Notes: a model not told the origin generated them from the letters alone. DNA of 64,000 nucleotides from Candidatus Latescibacterota bacterium (GCA_963707635.1 OY970173.1:1632001-1696000); one strand, 5' to 3'. Numbered from the stretch's first letter, positions 17,320-29,207 are shown. Program-made: numbers and translations.

Positions 17320-20300
17320 TTACTTGAGGAGCACCATCTTGCGGTCGGCGCGGAAGCCGCCCGCGGTAATCCGGTAGAAGTACACGCCGCTTCCCACCGC
17401 TGCGCCGCGGGTATCGCGGCCGTCCCAGACGACGGAGTGGAAGCCCGGACCCTCCGCGCGCTCGACCAGCGTCCGGATCAGGCGGCCCGCCACATCGTAG
17501 ACCGAGACGCTCACGTTCACGGCGGCCGCCGAGGCGGGGATCGCGTACTCGATGGTCGTCGTGGGGTTGAATGGATTCGGGCGGTTCTGCATGAGCGCGA
17601 ACTGCCCGGGCAGCTCACGCGACGCGTGGACCGTGCCGCCGTTGGAGACGGCGATGTCGGTCAGGTCCTGCTCGTTGAGCCGGACCTTCGTGAAGGCGAG
17701 TGCGACCCGCGTGCCGTCGCGAACACCGTCCGCCGGCCGCAGCACCAGCTCCACCGCCGCGCTCACGGGAAGCAAGTCCATCGACGCGGCGCTGATGTGG
17801 AGGTGGCCGTCGGCGTCCGCCTTCCAGTAGAGCATCGCGTCCCTCCGCCGCCTCGGTGAGGCGTACGTCCACGACCTCGAGAACATCGGGGTCGAACTCG
17901 AGGTGGTACTCGTGTCCCAGCAGCTCGCCCTCACCGCTGACCGCGATGGGTACGACCGTCTCGGCGCCCGCGTTGAGCACGAAGCCCGGCACTTCCACGT
18001 CGAAGAAGCCCGGCTCGGAACCCGGGAGGTAGAGGTTCTCGGTCGCGAGCAACGGCAGTTCGCTCACAAGGCCGCTAAACGCGCACGGGAAGTAGGAGAG
18101 GATTCCGGCGACGTGGCGCAGGATGTAGGACGCGTCCAGCGTGCTCAACACGTTCGTGCAGTTCACGTCGCCCACGGTCTGTTGCTGAGTGGTGAGACTG
18201 GTAAGCAGCGCGAGGTACTGCAGCACCAGCGACGCGTCGAACGCGCGCACCTCGCCGTTTAAGCTCACGTCGCCGAGCAGGAGGTTCTGGACCCCGCCGG
18301 TCTTCCAGCCGCTGTAGTCGACCAGGTTGGTGACGGGGTCGCCCAGGCCGGTCGGGTTGTACCAGCCGCCGGAGCCGGTGTCGTTGGAGTTGTCGAGCGG
18401 GCCGCTCGCGTGACCCCACCAGCAGTGCTTGGCGGACACGACGAAACTAAGGCCCGTGTTCTTCACTCCGTAGGTGATGTTGTCGAGAAAGTCGCAGCGT
18501 TCGATCTTCCCCTTGGTCGAGTCCCCCGCCGCGCCGTTGAAGTTCACGCCAATCCCGTTGTTCTGGAAGATGCAGCGGTCGAACTCGGGATGGGCATTGG
18601 TCACGTTGACCGATCCAATAGTCGTGCTGTTGGTCGCGTAGCGGAAGACGCAGTAGCGAAACCGGGTGCTGTCGTCGACGGCTTCGTTGTCCACCTGGAT
18701 ATCCCCCCAGCGCAGGGAGGATCCGTCGGTGAGCGTGCTGTCGTTGTTGGTGTCGCCGCCGTAGAAGTCGTCGCGCGGCGACGTGAACACGATCAGACTC
18801 TCGGGCTCCGCCTTCCCCTCGGCGATGAAGCCCCGTTTTACCGTGATCGTCACGGCGGACAGCGGCTTGATCACCACCCCGGGTTGGATGCGGAGAATCG
18901 AGCTCAACCCCGCGGTGAGGCTTCCGGTGAGCACGTAGGGGACGCTGCTGATGGTGCCGACCGCGCGGCGCTTCCAAAGCACGTCCTGCGCCAGCGTCTC
19001 TCCAATGATCCCGATCGCCCGGTAGGTGTTGGTCGGATTGAACACGTTCGCACCGACGAAATTCGGGTTGCTGATGAGCGACATCTGCACCGGCGCGATC
19101 GTGGCATAGTCGAACGTGCAGGCCTCGACCTTGGGGTTGCTTGCACCCTCCATGCGGATCGCGTAGCTGCCGGTGCGGTAGAACGTGCAATTCTGGAAGG
19201 TGGGCCCGGCGGTGACAGTGCGCGCCGCGTAGCCGCTCGATCCCGAGTAGCGGAACCGGCAGTACTTGAAAATGTTGGAGAGGTCGGTGCTCACGTCGCG
19301 GAAATCGATGTATTGCCAGTCGCCAGCACTAGGTGTGGTGAGCGCGCCGTCGTTGTTGGTGTCGGCCGCGTTGCCGTAGGCGTCGTCGGCAATGGAGGTA
19401 AAGGTGATGGGCTCGGACACGGTCCCGTTGGCCGCGATGGCGCCGTCCACGGTGATGCTACTCGCAAACGGGATCCCCATCTTGAGCACTATGCCCGGGT
19501 CGATGGTCAACGTGACCCCGAAGTTCACCGCCAGCGTGCCTCCCACCAGGATGCGCGTGATATTGGTGTAGCCCGCGAGGTTGCGTTTCGTGATGGTCAC
19601 GTTCTGGCCGATGGCCTCCCCGATCAATCCCAGCGCGTCGTATCCGTTGTTGTCGTACACGTTCCCGGAGAATGTCGGGTTCGCATTGATCGAGGCGGTA
19701 ACGGGGAGGTTCGTGGTCAGTCGAAACAGGTTGTTCTGGACGACCGGGTTGGACACGTTCTGGATCCAGAGTCCCCACGTGTTGATCTCGAACTCGCAAT
19801 TACGAATGGTCGGGCTCGCGGACGCCATGCGGATGATGCCGTTTCCGGCTCCGCCGAATCGGAAATGCGACCACTCGATCAGGCTCGCCGTCGCTGTGCT
19901 GTTGAACTGGATTCCGTTCCAGTTGCCCGCGGCGGGCGAGGTCGAGGAACCATTCACGTTCGAGTCGCCGCCCTTGGAGTCGTCGTGAATCGACGTGTAG
20001 ATGACGAAACCGGTCGGATTGTTCTGCCCGAGCATGTCGAGGCCCCCGTTGACGATGAGCGGCGTGCCGTTTAGCACCTTCACGATCACGCCGGCCTCGA
20101 TCGTGAGCTTGGACCCGCTCCCGATGGTCATCTGGCCCAGGTGCATGTAGGGGAAGTAGTCTGCGAACTGGGGCGGGCCCCCGACGAATATCCGCTCCAG
20201 CGTGGCGTTCTGGGACAGCGTCTCGGGGAGGATCCCGACGGCGTGGTAGGTGTTCTGGTTGAACGTGTTGCCGGAATACTGCGGGTTGGAAACCACCGAC

Positions 20301-22147
20301 GTCGCGAGCGGCACGCTGCTGTGGTTGAAGAAGTCGTTGTTCGAAATCACCGGGGCGGAGTTTCCATCGGTGGTGACACCGACGGTGTTGGTCTTGAACT
20401 GGCAGTGGGTGATGGTCGGCGAGGCACTGTTGCACCACACAACCCCGCGGTAGGATCCACTGCCATCGTAACCGCCATAGGCCAGGACGCAGTAGTCGAG
20501 GATGCACTGCGGGTCGTTCGAGGTGGCGGCGAAATTGATGTAGCCCCAATAGGACGGCCCGGGGACGGTGGCCCCGCCGTTGCCCTCGGTGTCCGGCGGA
20601 TTGCCGTAGCCGTCGTCGTACTGCGAGGTGAAAACGATCAGACTCTCCGGTTTGGCATCCGCCGAAAGGGCGCCATTGATGATGATGTTGTAGGCATAGT
20701 AGTTGACCTTGACCACCACGCCCGGTTCGAGTCGTAGCCGCGCGCCGACGTTCATTGTGAGGGTGCCCGACAACCAGTACGTGATGTTGTTGAAGCCGGC
20801 GACGTTTCGGACCTTGAGCACCGAGTTGGTGGAGATGGCTTCGTTGATGATCCCCAGGGCGGTGAGCGAGTTGTTGCTGAAGCTGAGCCCCGAGAACGTC
20901 GGGTTCGCGGTCACGGACATGTAGATCGGCGTCTTCAGGCAGTTGTTGATGACGACGTTGGTGATGGCCGAGCTCGCCGTCCCTTTCTGTTCGATCCCGT
21001 AGTTCGTGTCGGAAATCGTGCAGTTCGAAATCGGGGGGCTCACGCTCATGCAGCGGATCACGCCCTCGCCCGAGTTCGATCCGCCGAACTTGAGGGTCGC
21101 GTACGAGACCGACCCGGTGGAGCCGGACTGAAATTCGATCTGTCCCCAGTCACCCCGGGCGGGGGAGCTGACGGAGCCGTCGTTGTTGGTGTCGTTCGGA
21201 TTCCCAAAGGTATCGTCCTTGAAGGACGTGAAGACAATCTGACCGCCCGGGCTGGAGGTGCCGTTCATGGTGAGCGTTCCCTGCACGAGGACGTTCACAT
21301 TCGCCTTGGGCTTGACGACGACGCCCGGCTCGATCGTGAGTGACCCCCCGGGATTAACGGTAAAGTCGCTGATCAGGATGTAGACCAGGTTGGAAATCGG
21401 CGTGGCGCCGAGGGTGGCGCCGCGAATCCGCAGCGTGTTCGCGCCGGTCAGTATCCCGCCCAGGAGACCCAGCGCATCGAAACCGTTGTCCTGCGTCGAC
21501 CCGAAAGCCAGGTTGTCGAACACCGGGTCGGCCTGAATGTCGATCGCGATGGGGACGTCCGTCATCGCGTTGATCGAGGTGTCACGGATGATCGGAGTGG
21601 ACACCCCGTCGCAGCGGATGCCGTAGTAGGCGGCGGAAAGATCACATTTCGTGAAGGTCGGGCCCGCGTGTTCGCATAGAAGCATTCCCGTGCTGCCCGC
21701 GCCTCCGTAACGAAGCACACAGTATTTGAGAATGCTGGTGTCGTCGGAGTTGACCGTGAACCGGATGTTGTACCAGTTCAGCGCCGCCGGGGTGGTGGTG
21801 CCTCCGTCCCCGTTGGTGTCCTCGCCGGCCGGCGCGGGGGCGTTGTCGTCGCGGATGGACGTGAAAGTGATGAGCGAATCCGGCGTGGACCCGCCCGAAG
21901 CTACGATCTTGCCGTTTACGATCAGCTGGGTGGAGAGATTGAACTTGAGCACCACGCCCGGGTCGATCGTCAGGGTCACGCCCGGATTCACGGTGATGCT
22001 GCCCGTGACCTGGTAAACCCGCCCACCCGTCGTATTCAACGTGGTGTTGCTGGCGATGACTCCCGAGATGAATTTGGCGGCGTGGACGGGGACGACGGAA
22101 AGCGAAACCAGGCAGGCGACGACAACGGTGCCAACGAAGGACTTCAC
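17320..22147 (-). CDS. Giant secreted parallel beta-helix repeat protein with dockerin, cohesin-like and FlgD/T9SS-like CTD (frameshift near 17840)
   Basis: Six L.I.PG..VK...FTS..DD units; dockerin LLGDVSLNGEVRAFDASLVLQY...GDVNCTNVLSTLDASYILR; the CTD continues in ORF 17320-17934. Confidence 0.82.
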
Positions 22148-22336
22148 GGCCGTACCTCGCAGAGGCTAAAGGGGTTGAGGACCAGCGCGCGACTGTCCGG
22201 TGCAGACCGGGCTAGCGTCGAGTGTGGCCGTAATGATACCACACTGCCGGGAGCCGGTGAAGTTGCCGCCGTCTACTGAGTGGGACGCAGCCGCGATCGA
22301 TCCGACACACACAATCTTCAGTTACCCTCCCTTCAC

Positions 22337-24769
22337 TTAGCGCTGAATTACCATCTTCCGCGTGAGCGTCTCGGTGCCCGTCGTCACCCGGTAGAAATAG
22401 ACGCCGCTGGGGAGGAGCGCGCCGTCCGTGCCTCGAGCCTCGAAGGCGATGCGGTTCCAGCCCGCCGCGACCTGCCCGTACCGCCGCGCGAACACACGAC
22501 GCCCCGCCACGTCGTACACGTCGACCGCGACCCCTCCCGCGCGAGGGAGCCCCACGCGAAGCTCGGTGGCGTCGGAGAACGGATTGGGGACGTTGGTGTC
22601 CAGCGACAGCCGCGTGAGCGGCGGCGTGCCGTCGCCGACGCCGGTCGGGATCGTGACCGCGGCTTCGTTCGAGGGTGGGCTCTGGTTCTCGTGCACATCC
22701 CACGCCGCGACGACGTAGTAGAGATAGCCGGTTGGCGGGCTCACGTCGGTGTAGACCGTATCGGTCGAATTGTCGATGAAGTGAATCGGGATCGGCTGCA
22801 CGCCCGCCGCGGTCGCCCGGTAGATCGCGTAGTGATCCAGATCCGCTTCGGCGCTTCTTCTCCACACCAGGTCGACATCGAAGCCGACACGCTGGGCCGT
22901 GAGCGTGAGCGGGGCCGCGGGGGCAAGATTGTCCACCGAGCGCCCGCTCGCGGGCGCGGAGGCCCAGTACTGGGACCCGCTGTGGGCCAGCACCTGGAAG
23001 TAGTGGGGCTCGGGCGACGCGCTCGTCGAGTCGAAGAGCGTCGCCACCGTCTGCGCGTAGCCGGGCAGGGAATAGGCGTTCACGGTGGCCATGAGCTGCC
23101 AGTAGTACGACGTGCTGTTCAACTCCTGGACACGCACGACCTCGCCGCCGGTGGGGACGGCGTCCACGCCGTGGCGCACGCTCTCGCCGCCGCGCGCCTC
23201 CACGGCGGCTGCGGCGGTCGCGTCGATCGCGCGCCACACCGTGTAGGATTCGATGAGCTGGTCCGGCCATGGATCGAGGCGGCTCGCATCCCACGCGACG
23301 TTGACGACGTGGCCCTGGTCGCCGGGCGCGTCGCGCGCGGACACGATCTCCGGGGATGGGAAGCCCCAGTAGCCGTTGCGTTCGACGCGCTGGGCGTAGA
23401 TGTCGTCGGAGGAGTTCCGAACGTCTCCCCAGGCGATCACGGCACCGCCGAGTCCATCGGACACGAGCTGCGGACTGTTCTGTCCGTCGACTGCGTTGCA
23501 TACCACCAGGCCGTCCGCCGTCCACTGGACGACCCCCGATCCGTTTACGCGCTGGGCGTAGATGTCGTGGACGGAGCCATCGCGCAGGTCCTGCCACGCG
23601 ATCACGGCTCCGCCGGCGCCATCCGCCACCATCTGTTGGCTCGCCTGGTCGTGCGGCGCGATGCTGATCGCGATTCCGTTGGGGGCCCACAGCATCGCGC
23701 CGTTCGCACCCACCCGCTGAGCATACTGGTCCTGCCCCATGCTGTTGCGATAGTCCCCCCACGCGATGATGGCGCCTCCCGTCTTGTCGGCGGCGATCGT
23801 CGGCGGGAACTGGAAGTCGCCCTGCGTGCACACCGGGACACCGTCCAACGTCCATGCCGCGGAACCGTTCGCGTACATGCGCTGCGCATAAATGTCGGTG
23901 AACGTCCCGACAAAGTTGCGGTAATCCTGCCACACGACGAGCGCACCTCCGGCGCCGTCGGTTGCGAGATTCGGTTCCGTCTGATCGTTAACCGCTGCGC
24001 ATACTGGCGTGCCACCGGCGTTCCAGACCGCGTTTCCAGCGGCGGTCACGTGCTGGGCGTAGACGTTATAGGAGCCGCCGCTCACAGCATGCCAGCAGGT
24101 GATTGCGCCACCGAGACCGTCTCCGATGACACGCTGCCTGTCCGTGCCGCTGGTGCCCATGGCGCTCGCCGCGACGCCGGCGGGATTCCAAAGCACGGTC
24201 CCGCCCGCGCTCACACGCTGCGCAGTGACGGTATAGGAGCCCGCGGTATCATGGAGCCATGTCGCGAGCACTCCGCCCACGCCGTCGGGAGCGACGGCTA
24301 CATAGACCTGGTTACCGGGCTGCGTACATACCGCGAGCCCGGACGCTCCCCATAGCAGATTGCCGAGCGCGTCCACACGCTGGGCGTAGATGTCCTGTTG
24401 GGTGGTGCCGATGTTGCGGGAGTCGTGCCAGACAGCGATCGCGCCACCGCTGCCGTCGGCGACGATTCTGGGATAGCTCTCGTTGCCTGCCGAGGTGGTC
24501 AGGGGAATCCCGTCGGTGGCCCACAGGGGAGTGCCCCATCCATCGACGTGTTGAATAAAGACGTTCGGAAACCCCGGGGCGGGCCGATAGTCGGTCCAGA
24601 CGATAAACGCGCCGCCGTTCCCGTCCGGAGCCAGGTCGTATTCGAACTGTGCATCCGACTGGGTGCAGACGGGCGTCCCCGTCTGGGGCCACAGTGCCGC
24701 GGCCGGTCGGCCGATCAGGAGTGATGAACAAATGCCCAGCAGGACCAAGAAAGGGGTGGCGGGTCTCAT
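22337..24769 (-). CDS. Secreted repeat beta-propeller protein with FN3-like domain and FlgD/T9SS-like CTD
   Basis: About seven W...G..VC...Q..P....DG.GGA...W.D.R...DIYAQRV repeats; PTGVGD linker; NVPNPF...SGVYFYR...RKMVIQR. Confidence 0.85.
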   Translation of the reverse strand: MRPATPFLVLLGICSSLLIGRPAAALWPQTGTPVCTQSDAQFEYDLAPDGNGGAFIVWTDYRPAPGFPNVFIQHVDGWGTPLWATDGIPLTTSAGNESYPRIVADGSGGAIAVWHDSRNIGTTQQDIYAQRVDALGNLLWGASGLAVCTQPGNQVYVAVAPDGVGGVLATWLHDTAGSYTVTAQRVSAGGTVLWNPAGVAASAMGTSGTDRQRVIGDGLGGAITCWHAVSGGSYNVYAQHVTAAGNAVWNAGGTPVCAAVNDQTEPNLATDGAGGALVVWQDYRNFVGTFTDIYAQRMYANGSAAWTLDGVPVCTQGDFQFPPTIAADKTGGAIIAWGDYRNSMGQDQYAQRVGANGAMLWAPNGIAISIAPHDQASQQMVADGAGGAVIAWQDLRDGSVHDIYAQRVNGSGVVQWTADGLVVCNAVDGQNSPQLVSDGLGGAVIAWGDVRNSSDDIYAQRVERNGYWGFPSPEIVSARDAPGDQGHVVNVAWDASRLDPWPDQLIESYTVWRAIDATAAAAVEARGGESVRHGVDAVPTGGEVVRVQELNSTSYYWQLMATVNAYSLPGYAQTVATLFDSTSASPEPHYFQVLAHSGSQYWASAPASGRSVDNLAPAAPLTLTAQRVGFDVDLVWRRSAEADLDHYAIYRATAAGVQPIPIHFIDNSTDTVYTDVSPPTGYLYYVVAAWDVHENQSPPSNEAAVTIPTGVGDGTPPLTRLSLDTNVPNPFSDATELRVGLPRAGGVAVDVYDVAGRRVFARRYGQVAAGWNRIAFEARGTDGALLPSGVYFYRVTTGTETLTRKMVIQR

Positions 24770-24924
24770 TGACAGCCCTCGTGGTTCGGGTTCAAAGCGG
24801 GCGACGCAGACCGCAGCAATTATACCACTCCGGAGCAGCGGCCGACTCGCTGGAGGTGTGGCGGCGGTTCGTGGTAGAGTGTGCCACGATACTCTCGATG
24901 CCCCTGGACTCACTGGAGGGAACC

Positions 24925-25488
24925 ATGCGTCGCCTGATACTCGTCCTGATCGCTCTCGTCGCCGTCAGCGGCTGTTCGCAGAAGGGTATGAGTTCGCGAC
25001 TCCAGATGGACGCGAAGCCTGCGGACGGGGTCAACATGGCGATCTATAAGACGTGGAACTTCGCGCGCCCGGACAACACGGCGTCGGGCATCGCGCTACT
25101 CGACGACGCGACGTTTCGATTCAAGGCCCTGGACGCCATCGAAAAGGACATGGCAGCGCGCGGACTCGTGCGCGTGTTCGACGCGACGACGGATCTCAAG
25201 ATGATGATGCACGTGCTCCAGTCCAACAACATCGACGAGATCGCGATGGAGAACCAGGAGTTCGACTTCGCCTCGATGCCCGAAGGCACGAGCTACCAGT
25301 CGGGCGAGCTCACCTTCTTCCTCTTCGACGCGAAGTCGGGGGCAATGGTATGGCAGGGGCACGCGGTCGCGGAGCTGGACCAGTACGCCGACGAAAAGAA
25401 GCGTCAGGAGCGGTTCCTCAAGGTGGTGGGCGATCTGCTGGCGCAGATACCGATGGGGGGCTCGCCGGTGCCGGCTCCCGCGCAGTAG
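24925..25488 (+). CDS. DUF4136-like lipoprotein
   Basis: GGAGG RBS, lipobox VSGC, YKTW.F, G.L....DAKSG.MVWQG.A. Confidence 0.7.
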   Translation: MRRLILVLIALVAVSGCSQKGMSSRLQMDAKPADGVNMAIYKTWNFARPDNTASGIALLDDATFRFKALDAIEKDMAARGLVRVFDATTDLKMMMHVLQSNNIDEIAMENQEFDFASMPEGTSYQSGELTFFLFDAKSGAMVWQGHAVAELDQYADEKKRQERFLKVVGDLLAQIPMGGSPVPAPAQ

Positions 25489-25525
25489 GAGGAAGTGCAC
25501 GGGCGGTGCCCCTGGTCGCCGAACT

Positions 25526-26881
25526 ATGTCCTCCCAACTCCTTTTCTCCGTCGCCGGCGCCCGCGGGATCGTCGGCCAGACCATCGACGCCGACGTCGTC
25601 ACTCGACTGGCTGCTGCCTACTGCGCCATTCTTCCGCCGGGCCCCGTCGCCGTCGGTCGCGACACGCGGCCGAGCGGGGAGTCGTTCCTCTATTCCGTCG
25701 TCGGCGCGGTGACGGCGAGCGGGCGCGACGCGATCGTCCTCGACATCGCCACCACGCCCACCACCGAGCTCATCACCGAGAGAACCGACGCGGTGGCGGG
25801 CATTATCGTCACCGCGAGCCACAACCCCATCGAGTGGAACGCACTCAAGTTCATCGACCACCGCGGCATCTTTATCACCAAAGACGTGAGCGAGAAGCTG
25901 CTGGCCGCCTACCGCAAGGGCGCATTCACCTTCGTGGACGGCCGTGGTACCGGACGGATCATCCCGTATCGCACGGCGGCGGTCGAACACGTCGACGCCA
26001 TTCTCGGCCTCGACGTCGTGGACGCCGCTGCTATCAAGAAACGAAAGTTCACCGCTGTGCTGGACTGCATCAACGGCGCCGGCAGCGTGATCGCGCCGCC
26101 GCTCCTCGAGAAACTCGGGGTGCGCGTGATTCCGCTCAACTGTTCGTCCGACGGCAACTTCTACCGCGACCCCGAACCGCGCCCGGAAAACCTCGCCGAC
26201 CTCGAGGAGGCGGTGCGCAAGTCCGGCGCCGATCTGGGTTTCGCCACCGATCCGGACGCGGACCGGCTGGCGCTGGTGGACGAGAACGGCCGCGCCATCA
26301 GCGAGGAGTACACGCTGGCTCTCGCGACCGACCACGTGCTCGGAAAGCACAACGGGGACGTGGTGGTGAATCTCTCGACCTCCGCGTGGATCGATCACGT
26401 GGCGACGTCCCACGGCGCGCGCGTGCAGCGGACTCCGGTGGGCGAAGCCCACGTCGTGGACCGGATGCTCGCGGAACACGCGGTGATCGGGGGCGAGGGC
26501 AACGGCGGCGTCATCTATCCTGCGCTGCACGCCGGTCGGGACGCGATGCTGGGCATGGCACTGGTATTGCAGTTTCTGGCCGAGCGAGGACTGCCTCTAT
26601 CCGAGGCGGTTCGCGCCTACCCGCCGCTGGTGATCACCAAGGAAAAAGTGCCGCTGCGGGGCGCGTTCTCCGCCGAGCGGATCGCGGGCGCGGTCAGGGC
26701 TCGAAGCCCGATTAGCCTTGACACCCAAGACGGTGTGAAGGCCATATTTACAGACGGATGGTTCCACCTGCGGGTGTCGAATACGGAGGGAATCGTCCGG
26801 ATCATCGCGGAGGCCCCGGACCCGGCGCGCGCGGCGGCCCTCCAGGAAACGGCGCGAGCCGTTCTCGCGGCCTCGTGGTAA
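25526..26881 (+). CDS. glmM: Phosphoglucosamine mutase / phosphohexomutase
   Basis: GRDTR.SG, TASHNP, DPDADR, GGEGNGG, R.SNTE motifs; directly upstream of glmS. Confidence 0.85.
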   Translation: MSSQLLFSVAGARGIVGQTIDADVVTRLAAAYCAILPPGPVAVGRDTRPSGESFLYSVVGAVTASGRDAIVLDIATTPTTELITERTDAVAGIIVTASHNPIEWNALKFIDHRGIFITKDVSEKLLAAYRKGAFTFVDGRGTGRIIPYRTAAVEHVDAILGLDVVDAAAIKKRKFTAVLDCINGAGSVIAPPLLEKLGVRVIPLNCSSDGNFYRDPEPRPENLADLEEAVRKSGADLGFATDPDADRLALVDENGRAISEEYTLALATDHVLGKHNGDVVVNLSTSAWIDHVATSHGARVQRTPVGEAHVVDRMLAEHAVIGGEGNGGVIYPALHAGRDAMLGMALVLQFLAERGLPLSEAVRAYPPLVITKEKVPLRGAFSAERIAGAVRARSPISLDTQDGVKAIFTDGWFHLRVSNTEGIVRIIAEAPDPARAAALQETARAVLAASW

Positions 26882-26921
26882 ACTCCCGCAGGGGACCGGC
26901 GCGAAGCGGAGGATTTGACCC

Positions 26922-28754
26922 ATGTGCGGGATTATCGGTTACATCGGTGACAACCCGGCGATGCCCATCCTGATCGAGGGCTTGAAGCGCCTCGAGTACC
27001 GCGGATACGACTCGGCCGGCGTCGCCCTCATGGAGAACGGATCGCTCACGGTCGAGAAGACCAAGGGCAAGATCTCGCAGCTCGAGCGCCTGGTCAACGG
27101 CAAGGCGTGGAAGGGGACCGTCGGCATGGCGCACACGCGCTGGGCCACCCACGGCGAACCCAACACGGAGAACGCACACCCCCACACCGACTGCACCGGC
27201 GAGATCGCCGTCATTCATAACGGCATCATCGAGAACTATTCCGCGATCAAGCAGCGGCTGGTGAAAGAAGGCCACGCCTTCACCACCCAGACCGACACCG
27301 AAGTCATCGCGCACCTGGTGGAGAAGTTCTACACCGCCGGCGTCACCCTCGAGGAAGCCGTGCGCAAGACCGTGGCCCAGCTCGAGGGCACCTACGGCCT
27401 CGTCATCATGAGCAAACGCGAGCCCGACAAGATCATCGGTGTCCGCAACGGCTCGCCCCTGATCGTCGGCGTCTCCAACGGCGAGAACTTTCTCGCGTCC
27501 GACGTCTCCGCGATCCTCAAGCACACGCAGAAGGTCATCTACCTCGACGACCACGAGATGGTCACGGTGTGGCGCGATCGCTTCCACACCAAGACGGTCG
27601 ACAACATCACCACCAACAAGGAAATCCACTCGGTGGACTGGGACCTCGAGATGATCGAGAAAGGCGGCTTCGATCATTTCATGCTCAAGGAGATCAACGA
27701 GCAGCCCGAGACCATCACCAACGCGATGCGCGGGCGCCTGGTCTACGACGAAGGCATCGCCAAGCTGGGCGGCCTCAACGTGACCGACCAGGAGCTGCGC
27801 GAGATCCGCCGCATCATGATCCTGGGCTGCGGGACCTCGTGGCACGCCGGCCTGATCGGCGAGTACATCATCGAGGAGCACGCGCGCATCCCGGTGGAGG
27901 TCGAATACGCCTCCGAGTTCCGTTACCGCAACCCCATCATCGACCCGGGGACGCTGACGCTGGCGATCAGCCAGAGCGGCGAGACCATCGACACGCTCGA
28001 GGCGATGCGCGAGGCCAAGCGCCGCGGCTCGCGCGTGCTCGGCATCTCCAACGTGGTGGGATCGACCATCGCGCGCGAGAGCGACGGCGGGGTGTACATC
28101 CACGCGGGGCCGGAGATCGGCGTGGCCTCGACCAAGGCGTTCACGTCGCAGATCACGGTGCTATCATTGTTGGCATTGCTGCTCGGACGGCTGCGCGTCA
28201 TGTCGAAGCGCGAGGGGCAGGAACAGATTCAGCACCTGCAGAAGCTCCCGAGCCAGGTCCAGACGATCCTCGACCAGGACGCGCAGATCCTCGAGATCGC
28301 GCGCGGCTACTGCAACGACACCAACTTCCTCTATCTCGGGCGCGGCGCCAACTTCCCGGTCGCGCTCGAGGGAGCGCTCAAGCTGAAGGAGATTTCCTAT
28401 ATCCACGCGGAGGGCTACCCGGCCGCGGAGATGAAGCACGGGCCGATCGCGCTGATCGACAAGAACATGCCCGTGGTGGTGATCTGCCCGAAGGACAACG
28501 CCTACCACAAGATCCTCGGCAACATCGCCGAGGTGAAGGCGCGCAAAGGCCGTATCATCGTGATCTGCAACGAAGGCGACGACGAAGTCGCCGAGATGGC
28601 GGATCACGTGATCATGATTCCGCAGACCCTCGACTTCCTGTACCCGATCCTGACGGTGCTTCCGCTGCAGCTGCTCGCCTACCACATCGCCGTTCTGCGC
28701 GGGTGCGACGTCGACCAGCCGCGGAATCTCGCCAAGAGTGTGACCGTGGAATAG
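26922..28754 (+). CDS. glmS: Glutamine--fructose-6-phosphate aminotransferase
   Basis: MCGIIG, LEYRGYDSAG, HTRWATHG, SQSGET, PRNLAKSVTVE. Confidence 0.98.
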   Translation: MCGIIGYIGDNPAMPILIEGLKRLEYRGYDSAGVALMENGSLTVEKTKGKISQLERLVNGKAWKGTVGMAHTRWATHGEPNTENAHPHTDCTGEIAVIHNGIIENYSAIKQRLVKEGHAFTTQTDTEVIAHLVEKFYTAGVTLEEAVRKTVAQLEGTYGLVIMSKREPDKIIGVRNGSPLIVGVSNGENFLASDVSAILKHTQKVIYLDDHEMVTVWRDRFHTKTVDNITTNKEIHSVDWDLEMIEKGGFDHFMLKEINEQPETITNAMRGRLVYDEGIAKLGGLNVTDQELREIRRIMILGCGTSWHAGLIGEYIIEEHARIPVEVEYASEFRYRNPIIDPGTLTLAISQSGETIDTLEAMREAKRRGSRVLGISNVVGSTIARESDGGVYIHAGPEIGVASTKAFTSQITVLSLLALLLGRLRVMSKREGQEQIQHLQKLPSQVQTILDQDAQILEIARGYCNDTNFLYLGRGANFPVALEGALKLKEISYIHAEGYPAAEMKHGPIALIDKNMPVVVICPKDNAYHKILGNIAEVKARKGRIIVICNEGDDEVAEMADHVIMIPQTLDFLYPILTVLPLQLLAYHIAVLRGCDVDQPRNLAKSVTVE

Positions 28755-28779
28755 TGAATAGTAAGGAGAACGCGAGCGT

Positions 28780-29175
28780 ATGAAGTCCCCCCTGCATTCC
28801 GACCACGCCCCCAAGCCGATCGGCCCCTATACGCAGGCGATTCGCGCCGGCGACTTTGTGTTTCTCTCCGGTCAGATCGGGATCGACCCGGCGGTCGGGA
28901 AGATAACGGCGAACGGTGCCGCCGACCAGGCGACGCAGGCCCTGAAGAACATCCGCGCCATTCTCACCGCGGCGGGGCTGAACGCCTCCCACGTGGTGAA
29001 GACCACCATCTTTCTCGCCAACATGGACGACTTCGCGAAGGTCAACGACGCCTACGGCGAATTCTTCGACGACGACCCGCCAGCGCGCTCGACGGTCGCG
29101 GTGTCGAAGCTGCCGATGAACGCGCTGGTCGAGATCGAAGCGATCGCGATGCGCCGTCCCGGCCCGACGGGGTAG
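28780..29175 (+). CDS. ridA: RidA family reactive intermediate deaminase
   Basis: AP..IGPY.QA, SGQI, PARSTV.V..LP..ALVEIE. Confidence 0.92.
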   Translation: MKSPLHSDHAPKPIGPYTQAIRAGDFVFLSGQIGIDPAVGKITANGAADQATQALKNIRAILTAAGLNASHVVKTTIFLANMDDFAKVNDAYGEFFDDDPPARSTVAVSKLPMNALVEIEAIAMRRPGPTG

Positions 29176-29207
29176 TTCTCCAAGGCCCTCGGCATTGCCG
29201 GTGACTC

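Noticed and set aside
26882..26921. glmS ribozyme
   Set aside because: The intergenic gap is only about 40 nt and lacks the ribozyme core.
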